Below, one piece after another: positions 1 to 10,000 of a DNA stretch of 64,000 nucleotides. A program made the translations under genes and the position numbers. Position 1 is the stretch's first letter. Every line of letters starts with the position of its first letter. The notes beneath the pieces are model-generated. The model was not told where the DNA came from and searched no databases. It saw nothing but the letters and a program-made list of their open reading frames with translations. The stretch spans positions 3,008,001 to 3,072,000 of the forward strand of contig OZ242318.1 in assembly GCA_965208105.1 (NCBI GenBank). The letters are read 5' to 3'. The stretch is from Candidatus Latescibacterota bacterium. GTDB lineage: Bacteria > Latescibacterota > UBA2968 > UBA8231.

Positions 1-1
1 T

Positions 2-1720
2 CTCCGGAAGAAGAGTACTCAGAAATTCCCCGTCCCCGAAAAGGGCCAGAGAGGCGGTATGGACCATCTTGTTGGCATCCTCGCTGTGAACCAGGTGTTC
101 GTAGGTCAGGGTATAGTCTTCGACCTGGATGGATTCACCCGATTCCAGCACAAATTCCTTTTCTTTAGTGAAGGCTTTACCGGTGAAGCCGACAAAAAGC
201 ATTACAATGGCGAGGTGGACCAGGTAGCCGCCGTAGCGCCGCCGGCTTTTTACGGTCAGGCGATACAGGGCAAGAACATAGATTTCCCCCGTACTATTTG
301 AGCGGGCCCGAGCGCCGCGGTGGAACTCGAGGCCTAGTGAGATAACCACAAATGTGCAGAGGGCAAGGGAGCCCAACGCGTAGAAATCTCTTACTCCCAA
401 CCACCACAACAGTACGGCGGCGAAGAGAGTTGAAGCGGCCGGAATGGAGAAGTTGGTCCTCAGGTTCCTGGTGGAAGTGTGGCGCCAGGCGAAGAGAGGT
501 CCGGCTCCTGTAAGGAAGAGAAGGATGAGACCGATAGGCACATTTACTTGATTGAAGAAGGGCGGCCCCACGGTGATCTGCTCACTGGTGATTGCCTCGG
601 AGATCAGAGGGAAAAGGGTCCCCCAGAAGACTGCAAAGCACATCCCCAGAAGGACCCAGTTGTTGAGCAAAAACGCCGTTTCGCGCGATGCGAATGACTC
701 GAGGCGGTTCTCGGCGCGGAGATCCTTGAGCCGGGTGTAGAGCAAGCAAAGAGAAAAAACCAGGAGGATGCAGAGAAAGGTGGCAAAAAAGGGCCCAATA
801 TTGGAGCGAGCAAAGGCATGTACCGACGAAACCATGCCACTGCGGGTCAGAAAGGTGCCGAAGATGCAAAGGCTGTAGACCAGGATAACCAGCACCATGT
901 TCCAAACCTTGAGCATGCCCTTGCGTTCCTGGACAAGGATGGAATGGAGAAAGGCCGTGCTCACCAACCAGGGCATCAACGAGGAATTTTCCACCGGGTC
1001 CCATCCCCAGTATCCACCCCAGCCCAATTCCACATATGCCCATTTCCCGCCCAGCAGCAAACCCGCGCCCAGGAAGGTCCACGAAACCAGCATCCATCGC
1101 CGGGCAGCCCGGACCCAGGTGTTGTCCAACTGGCGGGAAATAAGGGCCGCCATGGCAAAGGCAAAGGGCACCGACATTCCCACCATTCCCAGGTAGAGCA
1201 TGGGGGGGTGGATGGCCATGATGGGATGTTGCAGCAGAGGATTCAAGCCGCGCCCGTCTTCAGGAGTCAATGGCAGTCGCTTGAAGGGGTCTGCCGCAAA
1301 GAGATTCAGCAGGATGAAGAAAAAGCTGGTCGCAGCCAGAGTGGCCACGGCATAGGGCATCAGGACGCGATATCGACCGCGGTTGATCAAGACCAGGGCG
1401 GCGATGTAAATGGACAGCAACCATCCCCAAAACAACAAAGACCCATTCTGCCCTCCCCAAAGTGCTGCCACGACGTAGGGCAGTGGCATGGCGCGATTGC
1501 TGTTTTCGGCTACGTATTGGACCTGGAAGTCGTGTCCGAGGAGGGCGTGCCACAAGGCCAGGACGGAGACGGTCAGGAGCCCGCAAACTGCCAGGGATGA
1601 ATTTTCGCCGCTGCGGATGAGTGCCAGGTGCTTACGCCGGGCTCCGACCGCGGACGCCACGATGGAGTAGGCGGCGGCGACAAGGGCGAGGCAAAGAGAG
1701 AAATAGCCGATATCTACCAT
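2..1720 (-). CDS. ccmF: Cytochrome c-type biogenesis heme lyase CcmF (3' end runs off the window)
   Basis: Hand translation from ATG at 1720 gives MVDIGYFSLCLALVAAAYS...LWGGQNGSLLFW. The WWD signature ELGWGGYWGWDPVENSSLMPW lies near 960-1030. Directly downstream of ccmE. Absent from the ORF track, consistent with its stop lying outside the window. Confidence 0.93.
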   Translation of the reverse strand, partial: MVDIGYFSLCLALVAAAYSIVASAVGARRKHLALIRSGENSSLAVCGLLTVSVLALWHALLGHDFQVQYVAENSNRAMPLPYVVAALWGGQNGSLLFWGWLLSIYIAALVLINRGRYRVLMPYAVATLAATSFFFILLNLFAADPFKRLPLTPEDGRGLNPLLQHPIMAIHPPMLYLGMVGMSVPFAFAMAALISRQLDNTWVRAARRWMLVSWTFLGAGLLLGGKWAYVELGWGGYWGWDPVENSSLMPWLVSTAFLHSILVQERKGMLKVWNMVLVILVYSLCIFGTFLTRSGMVSSVHAFARSNIGPFFATFLCILLVFSLCLLYTRLKDLRAENRLESFASRETAFLLNNWVLLGMCFAVFWGTLFPLISEAITSEQITVGPPFFNQVNVPIGLILLFLTGAGPLFAWRHTSTRNLRTNFSIPAASTLFAAVLLWWLGVRDFYALGSLALCTFVVISLGLEFHRGARARSNSTGEIYVLALYRLTVKSRRRYGGYLVHLAIVMLFVGFTGKAFTKEKEFVLESGESIQVEDYTLTYEHLVHSEDANKMVHTASLALFGDGEFLSTLLPE

Positions 1721-1729
1721 GCTGAGGGG

Positions 1730-2185
1730 TCAGATATCCGCATTCATGGCCTGGACGTGGCCTTCGTAGCTCTGCCCTTCATATTTGGAAGGGCATTTGG
1801 CAAAAACAATCTGGGCTTCAAAGCAGTTTCTGCCCGAATCATAATAGCCTTCGAGAACTACCTGAGCTTCGTCTTTGAATGTGTCCGGCAGAACGGCGTT
1901 GCCGACGTAGCGTATTTCAAGGGAGTAAGTGCTGTCTTCAACAGTGAAAGTGGGACGATGGCGGTACTCATCCCAGCGAATCGAGCCAGGCACTACCTTG
2001 CAACCGCCCAGCTGGATCCGCTTGCCCTCCAGGTCGGTTGCAACCACTCGCTTTGCAAGGTCCCTCAAGGTCATGTGGGTCGATGTGGATTGGCTTAGCC
2101 CCGAGGCAAAAAGATAAGCCAAACCAAGTGCGATCACCGTGGACCCTATGATGAACTTAAAGCGTTTCACGGAAGTGTCTTTCAC
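1730..2185 (-). CDS. ccmE: Cytochrome c maturation heme chaperone CcmE (CxxxY variant)
   Basis: N-terminal TM anchor, LPDTFK...VVLEG core and C-terminal AKCPSKY motif; adjacent to ccmF. Confidence 0.92.
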   Translation of the reverse strand: MKDTSVKRFKFIIGSTVIALGLAYLFASGLSQSTSTHMTLRDLAKRVVATDLEGKRIQLGGCKVVPGSIRWDEYRHRPTFTVEDSTYSLEIRYVGNAVLPDTFKDEAQVVLEGYYDSGRNCFEAQIVFAKCPSKYEGQSYEGHVQAMNADI

Positions 2186-2537
2186 CGTGTAAAATTATGG
2201 TTTTCACCATTTGGAGGGGTCGGATCTTCCCAGTTAACTAATCGGCCTGGTTCTGCAACTATGCATGTAAAAAATTCAGCAGGGGCCCGGCTTGCAAATT
2301 GACGATGGTTGGTCCGTGGCCCTGGAGAGCATAATCTGCTCAAATTGCCAGTCTTTGGCAAATCAACGACGGCGGACCTGTGGTGAGGAGAATGGGTGGA
2401 AGAGAGCGAGTCCCAAGCAGGCAGGGACCGAGTCCCGGATCCATGGCAGAGGCGGTAAATATCGGATCAGATTCCGTCAGGGGATGACGGGGGCGGCAAA
2501 ACCGGGGACACCAGATTTTGAATTGGAAGAAACGTTG

Positions 2538-2566
2538 AAAAATGCCCGTCCTCGGCAGGAGGGCAT
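2538..2566 (-). terminator. Probable rho-independent terminator of the M24 peptidase gene
   Basis: Minus strand reads ATGCCCTCCT-GCCG-AGGACGGGCAT followed by TTTT, at the TGA stop. Confidence 0.6.
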
Positions 2567-3711
2567 CAAACCACCAAAAAGTGAGGAAAGGTCGTCAGGT
2601 TTTCACAACCATTGTCGCGCACTACAACGACATCTTCGATTCGGACTCCACCCAGGCCAGGATAGTAGAGCCCAGGCTCGACGGTTACTACTTGCCCGCT
2701 TGCAAGCTTGTCTCCCCTGGAGCTGATGCGGGGTGGCTCGTGGATCTCCAGTCCAAGACCATGCCCTGTGCCGTGGAAGAAGCCCTGCATGCGTCCCTCC
2801 CGGGAGCCGGTTTTGTACCCTGCTTCCTCGAACATTTTGAGAATGCCCTGGTGGATCTGGCGGCCGTCGACGCCTGCACCGATTTGCCCCAGGGCCCACT
2901 GTTGGCCGCGATGGACAGCGTTGTACAGATCTACAACGGAGGTCGGGGCTTCTCCTTTGACCACTGTCCGGGTAAGGTCCCCGAAATAGCCGTTGGTACT
3001 ATTCCGGGGGAAAATGTCGATGACAATCGGTTCGTCGGGACGCAGGGGGCCGCTGCCCTCCTGGTGTGGATCGCAGCCATTTTCCCCGCCGGCGACAATG
3101 GTGTGCAGGCCGAGGCAGTCCTCTTCGAGAAGGACCTGGTGGATCAAACGCCGGACGCGCTCCGAAGTGAGTACTTCACCTCCCAGACGAAGCACGCGAT
3201 CTTCGACGGTAGCCTGGCGGAGCGCCGCGATTGCCGCCTCCATGCTCTTTTCGGCCGCCTGAATGGATTGGCGAATGTATTCGATTTCTGCCGGGGTCTT
3301 CACCAGGCGCTGGGGAAAGACAGGGGCAGGGACTACCTTCAGCTCGATGCTGAGCCGGCGCAGGAAATCTGCAAATTCGATGGGAAAATCAGGAGGAACC
3401 AGAAGGCGTTGCAGGCCGAAATCCCGCAGGAGTTCAAGAAGGATCGGATCCTTTGCGCTCCGATCTTCTTCATTTGCGTTCAGGCGCTTCTCGTATTGCG
3501 ATCTGGAAATGACATGGTCTACCTTTGCCTGGGCCCTCGCACGGTCGAGTTCGAGATCGCTGGTCATCACGATCTTGGCTTGATTCGTCCACAAAAAAAC
3601 GAACGGATCCGGGGCCCGGAAGCTGGTTGCGTAGTAGAGATCCACATTGCGTTCGCTATCGCCGATTATGAGCAGCGCATCGGCATTTCCAAGCTCAAAT
3701 TCAAAATCCAT
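2566..3711 (-). CDS. Xaa-Pro aminopeptidase (M24 family)
   Basis: Creatinase-like N-terminal domain plus metal motifs DIFPR...GDLTRT, HGTGHGLGLEIHE, TVEPGLY and GGVRIEDVV. Confidence 0.92.
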   Translation of the reverse strand: MDFEFELGNADALLIIGDSERNVDLYYATSFRAPDPFVFLWTNQAKIVMTSDLELDRARAQAKVDHVISRSQYEKRLNANEEDRSAKDPILLELLRDFGLQRLLVPPDFPIEFADFLRRLSIELKVVPAPVFPQRLVKTPAEIEYIRQSIQAAEKSMEAAIAALRQATVEDRVLRLGGEVLTSERVRRLIHQVLLEEDCLGLHTIVAGGENGCDPHQEGSGPLRPDEPIVIDIFPRNSTNGYFGDLTRTVVKGEAPTSVVDLYNAVHRGQQWALGQIGAGVDGRQIHQGILKMFEEAGYKTGSREGRMQGFFHGTGHGLGLEIHEPPRISSRGDKLASGQVVTVEPGLYYPGLGGVRIEDVVVVRDNGCENLTTFPHFLVV

Positions 3712-3740
3712 GGGTCTTCCGTTTTTTTGGCTCAGCCTGA

Positions 3741-5228
3741 TTACTCTGTGACTCTAAAAACCCTGACCTCGATACCCTCACGCGGCCGCCACAGCCAGAA
3801 CAGGGCTGCCCGGCCCCTTTCGAGAGTGGATATGGAGTGGACCAGGTGCTCGATGGACTTGATTCGCTGGTGGTCAATTCCCGCAATCACGTCGTTGACC
3901 TGGATTCCCTCCCGGTCAGCGGGGCTGTCGGCCTTGACTTCGACGACGGCAACGGGATTTACATACTCCCCAAGGTTGAGTTCAGCAGCCACTTCTTTGG
4001 TGAATCCCAGCTCCCGAGCTCGCTCCATGCCAAGATCTTCCACCTTGATCCCCAGTTGAGAGATGCGCTCCCGTCCCAGAGCCAGAAGCCGGTCTTCCTC
4101 ACGCTCGCCCAAAGTCAGTTCGAGGTGCTGCTCTGCACCGTCGCGGAGGACTGTCAGTGCAATAATATCGCCGGGGTCTTTGTGGTAAATCAGAGTTTGG
4201 ACGTGATTGGCGTGGTTCACGGTCTGGCCGTCCACACTTAAAAGGACATCGCCGCTGAGCAGGCCTCCCCGCTCGGCGGGAGTATGGGGCTGGACATTCA
4301 GATAGACGCCGAGGGGATGATTCAATTTGAGGTTGTGTCTTCCGATAAGTTCCGGCGTGACTTCTTCCATTCCAACGCCCATATAGCCGTGCACTACCCG
4401 GCCATAGGCCAGGATATCGTTCATGGCTTCACGGGCCAGGTTGATTGGAACGGAATGGCCATAGCCGATAAAGTATCCAGTCCCCGTGGAAATCGCGGTG
4501 TTGATTCCGACCACCTCACCGCGCAGATTGAGCAGGGGGCCGCCCGAATTGCCGGGATTGATTACCGCGTTGGTCTGAATAAAGCTCTCTATGCCGAATT
4601 CACTGTCGATGACCTGAACCTGCCGTCCAAGGGCGCTGACGATTCCATGGGTCAGGGTGGAGCCCAGTCCCAGGGGATGTCCGATGGCCAGAACCCAGTC
4701 GCCGACCTCCAACAGGTCCGAGTTGCCGAGAGTTACCCTGGGTAGATTTTTTGCCTCAATCTTCAGCAGGGCAATGTCGATCAGAGAGTCGTAGCCTGCC
4801 ACCTTGGCAGAGAAGGAGCGGCGGTCAGACATGGTAACAAGGACAGAGTCGGCTCCCGCGATGGCGTGGTAGTTGCAGAGGATATAACCGTCGGAACGGA
4901 CGATTGTTCCTGAACTCAGGCCACGGCCCCTTTCCAACTCCGGCGGTATTGGAGGATGAAAGGAAGGAACCCACCGCCGAATTGAACGTCCATTTTTGGT
5001 TGTGATCATAGCTACCGCCGGGCTGGCCTTCTGGTAGGCGGCGTAAAAGGCACGGTTGAGTGTTTGGAGATGGTCCAGTTCTTCCGATTCGGGCTTCTCG
5101 GCAGCAGCTGCGCTTAACCACGCTGCCAGAGCAAGCCCTGTGAAGAGGGGACCGCCCACCGGAAGAAGACCTGGAACAAAGCAACTCCGGCGGCCATGGC
5201 CCGAAATTTTTCTCAAGGAGCCCATCAC
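3741..5228 (-). CDS. HtrA/DegP-family periplasmic serine protease with two PDZ domains
   Basis: Signal peptide; catalytic triad in CNYHAI, DIALLKI and INPGNSGGPL; two C-terminal PDZ-like segments. Confidence 0.92.
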   Translation of the reverse strand: MMGSLRKISGHGRRSCFVPGLLPVGGPLFTGLALAAWLSAAAAEKPESEELDHLQTLNRAFYAAYQKASPAVAMITTKNGRSIRRWVPSFHPPIPPELERGRGLSSGTIVRSDGYILCNYHAIAGADSVLVTMSDRRSFSAKVAGYDSLIDIALLKIEAKNLPRVTLGNSDLLEVGDWVLAIGHPLGLGSTLTHGIVSALGRQVQVIDSEFGIESFIQTNAVINPGNSGGPLLNLRGEVVGINTAISTGTGYFIGYGHSVPINLAREAMNDILAYGRVVHGYMGVGMEEVTPELIGRHNLKLNHPLGVYLNVQPHTPAERGGLLSGDVLLSVDGQTVNHANHVQTLIYHKDPGDIIALTVLRDGAEQHLELTLGEREEDRLLALGRERISQLGIKVEDLGMERARELGFTKEVAAELNLGEYVNPVAVVEVKADSPADREGIQVNDVIAGIDHQRIKSIEHLVHSISTLERGRAALFWLWRPREGIEVRVFRVTE

Positions 5229-6748
5229 TTCAGCCCATACTCATCCAGCTTGCGGTAAAGGGTGCGAACCCCGATTCCCAGTGCCTGCGCGGCGCGCTTG
5301 CGGTTTCCGCCAACCTGGTCCAGCGCATGTTCAATGGCTTCTTTCTCCAGGTCCTTGAGGGTGCGTCCTGATAGCGCAGAGGAAGGAGTTGGGGGCGCTT
5401 TTTCCGGTTCAGCAGCAGCGAAGGCGGCGTCCTCCAGGGGATAGATCGGTTCCGCCGCGGGAGGCGGGGCTGCTGCCAGGGACCGCTCTTCCACAATGCG
5501 CCTCAATTCCGATACCTCGCGTTTCAGGTCGAGGAGGGCGAAATATATGAGCTCGCGCTCCGATTGGTCGACCGTCTTATTGGTTGGCACGGGTAATTGG
5601 CGGTGGACTGCAGAAGGCTTTTCCAGGTGAGAGAGCAGATCGCCCGGCTCCACCTTGCCTCGAGGTCCAAGGAAAATCAGGTGCTCGACGAGATTGCGAA
5701 GTTCGCGTACGTTGCCTGGCCAGTCGTACTCCAGGAGGAGATCCATGGCACTGCTGGAGAACCCCTCGAAGCGCGGTCCTTTTTCGGGACTGAGTTGGGT
5801 GAGGAAATGCTGAATCAATTGGGGAATATCCTGCGGACGCCGGCGCAACGGGGGAATCTCGAGTTCTACGACTTTGAGCCTGTGGTAGAGGTCGAGGCGG
5901 AACTCTCGCTGACTGACGGCTTGTTGCAGGTCCTTGTTGGTTGCGGCAATGACCCGGATGTCCACGGAAACGGGATTATGGCCCCCGATCCGGGTAACTT
6001 CCCTCTGTTCCAGGACCCGGAGGAGGCGCACCTGTGCCATGAGAGACATTTCACCGATCTCGTCCAGGAAGACCGTGCCACCGTCCGCCTGCTCGAAAAT
6101 TCCCCGGTATTGGGCCTTGGCATCGGTGAAAGCTCCCTTCTCATGACCAAAAAGTTCGTTTTCCAGCAGGTTTTCCGGAATGGCGGCGCAATTGATGGGC
6201 TTGAAAGGCCGGTCTCGCCGTTGACTGTATTGGTGCAGGGCATAGGCGACGGCATCTTTTCCAACGCCACTTTCTCCAATGAGAAGTACGGTGATCGGCG
6301 CGCTTGCGATCTGAAGGATGCTCTCGCGAAGTTCCTGAATAAGGGGTGATCGGCCGACGAAATCCTGGCCGCCGAGAAATCGCCCCCTCTCCAGCAATCT
6401 TTCTACCGCGTCTTGAATAAGCTCGGGAGCAAATGGGGTTTCCAATATTTCCTCGAGTGGATTGCCCGGGGAAACCCGGTGCCAATCTTCCGCCGAGGCA
6501 GCATACAGAACCAGCACGGGCAAATTTCGGTGTGCATTCAATTCAACGGCACACGCTTCCAGACTTTTCAGGGGTAAGCTCAGGTCGATGATTACAAGAT
6601 CCGCGCCACGGTCCAGCATCGGCGTTAACATTCCGGTATCGCGTACCTCGACCAGATGCCGGGATTCGTTTTCCAGAGCTGCCTTGGAGTCCTCCAGCAG
6701 GCGCCGGTCCTGGGTGAGCAAGAGCAGACGGCGTTTATCTTTTCTCAT
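5225..6748 (-). CDS. Sigma-54-dependent Fis-family transcriptional activator with a degenerate receiver domain
   Basis: Walker A GESGVGKD, GAFTDA loop, FLDEIGE, WPGNVRELRN and C-terminal HTH (AAQALGIGVRTLYRKL). Start placed at MRKDKRR (6748), because the longer ORF-track start runs into a repeat element. Confidence 0.92.
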   Translation of the reverse strand: MRKDKRRLLLLTQDRRLLEDSKAALENESRHLVEVRDTGMLTPMLDRGADLVIIDLSLPLKSLEACAVELNAHRNLPVLVLYAASAEDWHRVSPGNPLEEILETPFAPELIQDAVERLLERGRFLGGQDFVGRSPLIQELRESILQIASAPITVLLIGESGVGKDAVAYALHQYSQRRDRPFKPINCAAIPENLLENELFGHEKGAFTDAKAQYRGIFEQADGGTVFLDEIGEMSLMAQVRLLRVLEQREVTRIGGHNPVSVDIRVIAATNKDLQQAVSQREFRLDLYHRLKVVELEIPPLRRRPQDIPQLIQHFLTQLSPEKGPRFEGFSSSAMDLLLEYDWPGNVRELRNLVEHLIFLGPRGKVEPGDLLSHLEKPSAVHRQLPVPTNKTVDQSERELIYFALLDLKREVSELRRIVEERSLAAAPPPAAEPIYPLEDAAFAAAEPEKAPPTPSSALSGRTLKDLEKEAIEHALDQVGGNRKRAAQALGIGVRTLYRKLDEYGLK

Positions 6749-6855
6749 GGTACAGTGAGGAGAATTCGGGGTTTTCCGGACGGCGGGCAAGACGGCCCTG
6801 GCTGACGAACATCTCCACGGCCTCCAGGAAAATAAAAACTGATTGTGAGGACTAA

Positions 6856-7015
6856 CAGCCCCTTGAAAAAGTCCATCCGGGCTGCGGCTGGCCCTGGCGG
6901 TCGAATACGGCGTTGCGCTCCCTCCCCGAATCCCCTCGATTCGCCTCGGCCGCACGCCTTGCCTTCGACCGACATAACCTGGCCTCGCCTGCAGGGCAAC
7001 TTTATCAACGGGCTG
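6856..7015. mobile_element. MITE-like non-autonomous element with imperfect terminal inverted repeats
   Basis: Left end CAGCCCCTTGAAAAAGT versus reverse complement of the right end CAGCCCGTTGATAAAGT (15/17 identical). Nested internal inverted repeats CGGTCGAA/TTCGACCG and CGAATC/GATTCG. Non-coding and intergenic. Confidence 0.6.
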
Positions 7016-7090
7016 CTTAAGGCCCGGATCGGCATGAGCCGGCCTCCAGCTGATGCATCTGATGCCCGGTTGCGGTCGGGTGATTTCAGC

Positions 7091-10000
7091 TTAAAGGCGC
7101 TGGCGCAGAATTTCGATTCTGTCCGCTGCCATCTGGCCTTGTGGGCTGTCGGTCCCCTCTCGGCGGACGATGCGTTCGAAGACGCTGATTGCAGTTGAAA
7201 GCTCATTCAGGGCTTCATGGCACTGAGCCCGCTTGAAATCGGCGGAGGAAATCCACTGGCTGAAGCCCTCAGCTCCGTGAAAGCTGACGCGGTAATAAGC
7301 CTCTATTGCCTTTCTGTACTCGCCCATGTTCTGATAGGACTCTGCAATGTAGAATCGCGCCTCGGAAGCGTCGTTTCCTCTGGCCCAATCGAGAGTTTTT
7401 TCCAATTGGGCGATGGCCTGGGCGTACTGACCTTTGTCCTTTAAGATAATCCCCAATTGCAACTCCGTCTCCCGCGCCTTGGGGTGGTGGGGGAATTCCC
7501 GCAGAAGGCGAAGAGCGGCCTGGTGAGCCTCTTCGAACTCGAAGACCCTCATGTAGCAATCCAGAAGATTCCAAACAGCTTCTTCCTTGAGGTCTGCCGC
7601 GACATGCTCTTTCAGGACGCGCTTATAGGCTCCGGCAGCTACGAGATAGTTGCGAAGACCGTGGTGGTAGTTGGCCAGGCGCAGATGGACGGCGGCAGAA
7701 TAGGGACTGTGGGGAAAGTTCTTGATAAACAGACTTTGGGCCTGGAGAGCCTGAACACCCCTCTCTTCACTTGGAGAAGCCAGATTCTGCTCCCATAAGG
7801 CCAGGGCAGCGTAGTATGCCCCGTCGTCCGCCCAGTCACCTCCCTTCTTCTCGAGTTGTCGGAAGAATTTAAGGGCCTTTTTGTAGTTCTTTTTCCTCAG
7901 ATGATGTTGGCCCTCTTCGAGCTGAAAGCGCAGAAGCCAGTCCGCATCTTTGGGACTTCGTCGGGAGAAGGCTGCGACTGCTTTGCGGGCTTCTTCGAGG
8001 CGGTCCAGCCTGAAAAGGGCAATAGTGCTCTGGCCGTGAACCTGGGCATCCATGATTTCGGACAAAATCGGCAGATAGGTCTGATATGCCTTGTCCAGGC
8101 GCCCTAGTTCAAAATATAGATTCCCGGCCATTTGAGCCGCATCGGAGGCCAAGGGGCTGTTGGAGAATTCGTCCCTGACTCGCAGCAACTGGGGAATGGC
8201 CTCTTCAGGCCGTCCCACTTTGACCAACAGCTTGGCCTGGTCGAAGAGGATGCTGTCCAATGCCGCCTCTTGGGAGTCCTCTGCCAGAATCTGGTTGTAT
8301 AGTTCCCGGGCTGCTGAATATTCACCCCGGCGATGGTGCGCTTGAGCGAGCCTCCGTTTTATGTATCCACGGGTGTCTTCCCCGGGTCCCTGGAGAGCCA
8401 GCTGGCGGTAGAGCTCTATTGCGCTGGCGTAATTGCCCAATTGGAAGTGAATGTCTGCGATTCGCAATTGAACGGAGGGACGCTGGGGAAAGGCAGGATG
8501 GGACCACAACAGCTCCTGGTATCGGGCAAGGGCGGCACCTGGCCGGTCCTGGCGGATCAGGAGTTTCCCCAGTTCATCGAGGACTTGGTCCGCATGGGAA
8601 AAGGCGGGGTAGTCGCGCAGGACGCGTTCGAGGAAGTCGACCGCAGCCTGGAGCTCGCCCCTGCTGCCATGGCAGAGCCCCAGGCCGAAAAGAGCTTCGG
8701 CATAGAGAGGACTCTCCCGGTCCACCTGGCGGTAGGTTGTAATTGCCCTCTCGAGTTGGGTCGAATCGCTCTTTCCAAGGTGGCGTCGCGCTGAGGCCAG
8801 GTGTAACAGGGCCCTGTCCAGGTGAGGGCTTTCAGCTCCCGCGTGCTTTTCGAGGAGGCCGGAAAAACCACTTTCGAGAAGCTGGTGCCGCAACGAGTCG
8901 GGCGCCCTGGCAGCCTGGGCTTCGACGAGACGGATCTGAGCGCGCAGGGCCCACTCCCCCGAATCAGCCTCTGTAATGAGCCGGTATTTCTGCAATGCCA
9001 CTTGGCGCAGCGAGTCCGTCGCTTCCGGCAGACCTTCGAGTTTGCGCTGACGTGCCAGTCTGAGCAGGCTTTCTCCCAGATAGTACCGGGCTTCAGCGAG
9101 ATAAAGACTGTCGCGGCCGGTGGCAGTGCAAGCTTCGAAAGCACGGGCGGCATTTGCGAAGTCATGGTGGTCGTAGAGAATCTTGGCGAGCTTCATCTGA
9201 GTCTTATGGCGCGGGGCGCCACCGAGCTGGTCGATCCATACCTGGTGCAAGGCACGATTGAGGGCCTTGAGATCCAGGACCGTAAACTCGCGCAGAAATT
9301 CAGTGCGCTCGCGTGCAGCTCGGGACTGAGAATGGGAGGGGAACTGCTCCAGGAATTTCACATACTCGCGCAGAGCCAGGCGAGGCTGGTCATTTTTTTC
9401 GTGGGCTTGAGCTAGATTGAACCGGGCAGTCGCCGCCAGAGCAGATGATCGCTCCGCCAAATCGCGGTAGGCGGATATGGCATCCTGGTAGTACCCGGAT
9501 GCGCCGTAAATTCTGGCCAGGGAAAGAATCACAGGATCTCGGTCCGCGTCGCTGTCAACCTTCTGGAGATAGCGTTGGTACCAGGCAATCGCTGGAGGAT
9601 AGTCCTTGCGGCGCTGGTAGAGGGCGCCCAACTCCCGCAGGGCGGTTATTCCCTCGGGATCCGAAGAATGGGCCCGGATGAGCTCGTGAAAGAGACTGAC
9701 CGCGAGAGGGAACTTTCCCGTCTGCCCACAGGCCACGGCCAGCCCCAGCTGTGCCTGTGCCCGGTGAGCATGTCCCACCGGTAGTTTCTTCAGCAGGGCA
9801 TTGAAGTGGAGGACGGCCTGTTGAGGCTGCCCGTTTCGAAGCCGGGAGTCCGCCAGTCCCAGGTGGGCGCGAATTTTGAGGCCCGCATCCTCAATTTGCC
9901 TGTAGGCGGCCTCGAAAGCATCGCTGGCTTGCTGGAAGTTGTGCCGCTCGTAAAAGAAGGTGGCCTGATCAAGGTAGGCGCTGTCCGACTGGGACGCTGC

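Noticed and set aside
2542-4059. 505-aa plus-strand ORF
   Set aside because: Antisense shadow of the M24 peptidase and htrA, with no recognisable motifs; expected in GC-rich DNA.
6749-6955. N-terminal extension of the sigma-54 activator given in the ORF track
   Set aside because: It runs through the palindromic repeat element and is non-protein-like; the receiver-like domain starts at 6748.
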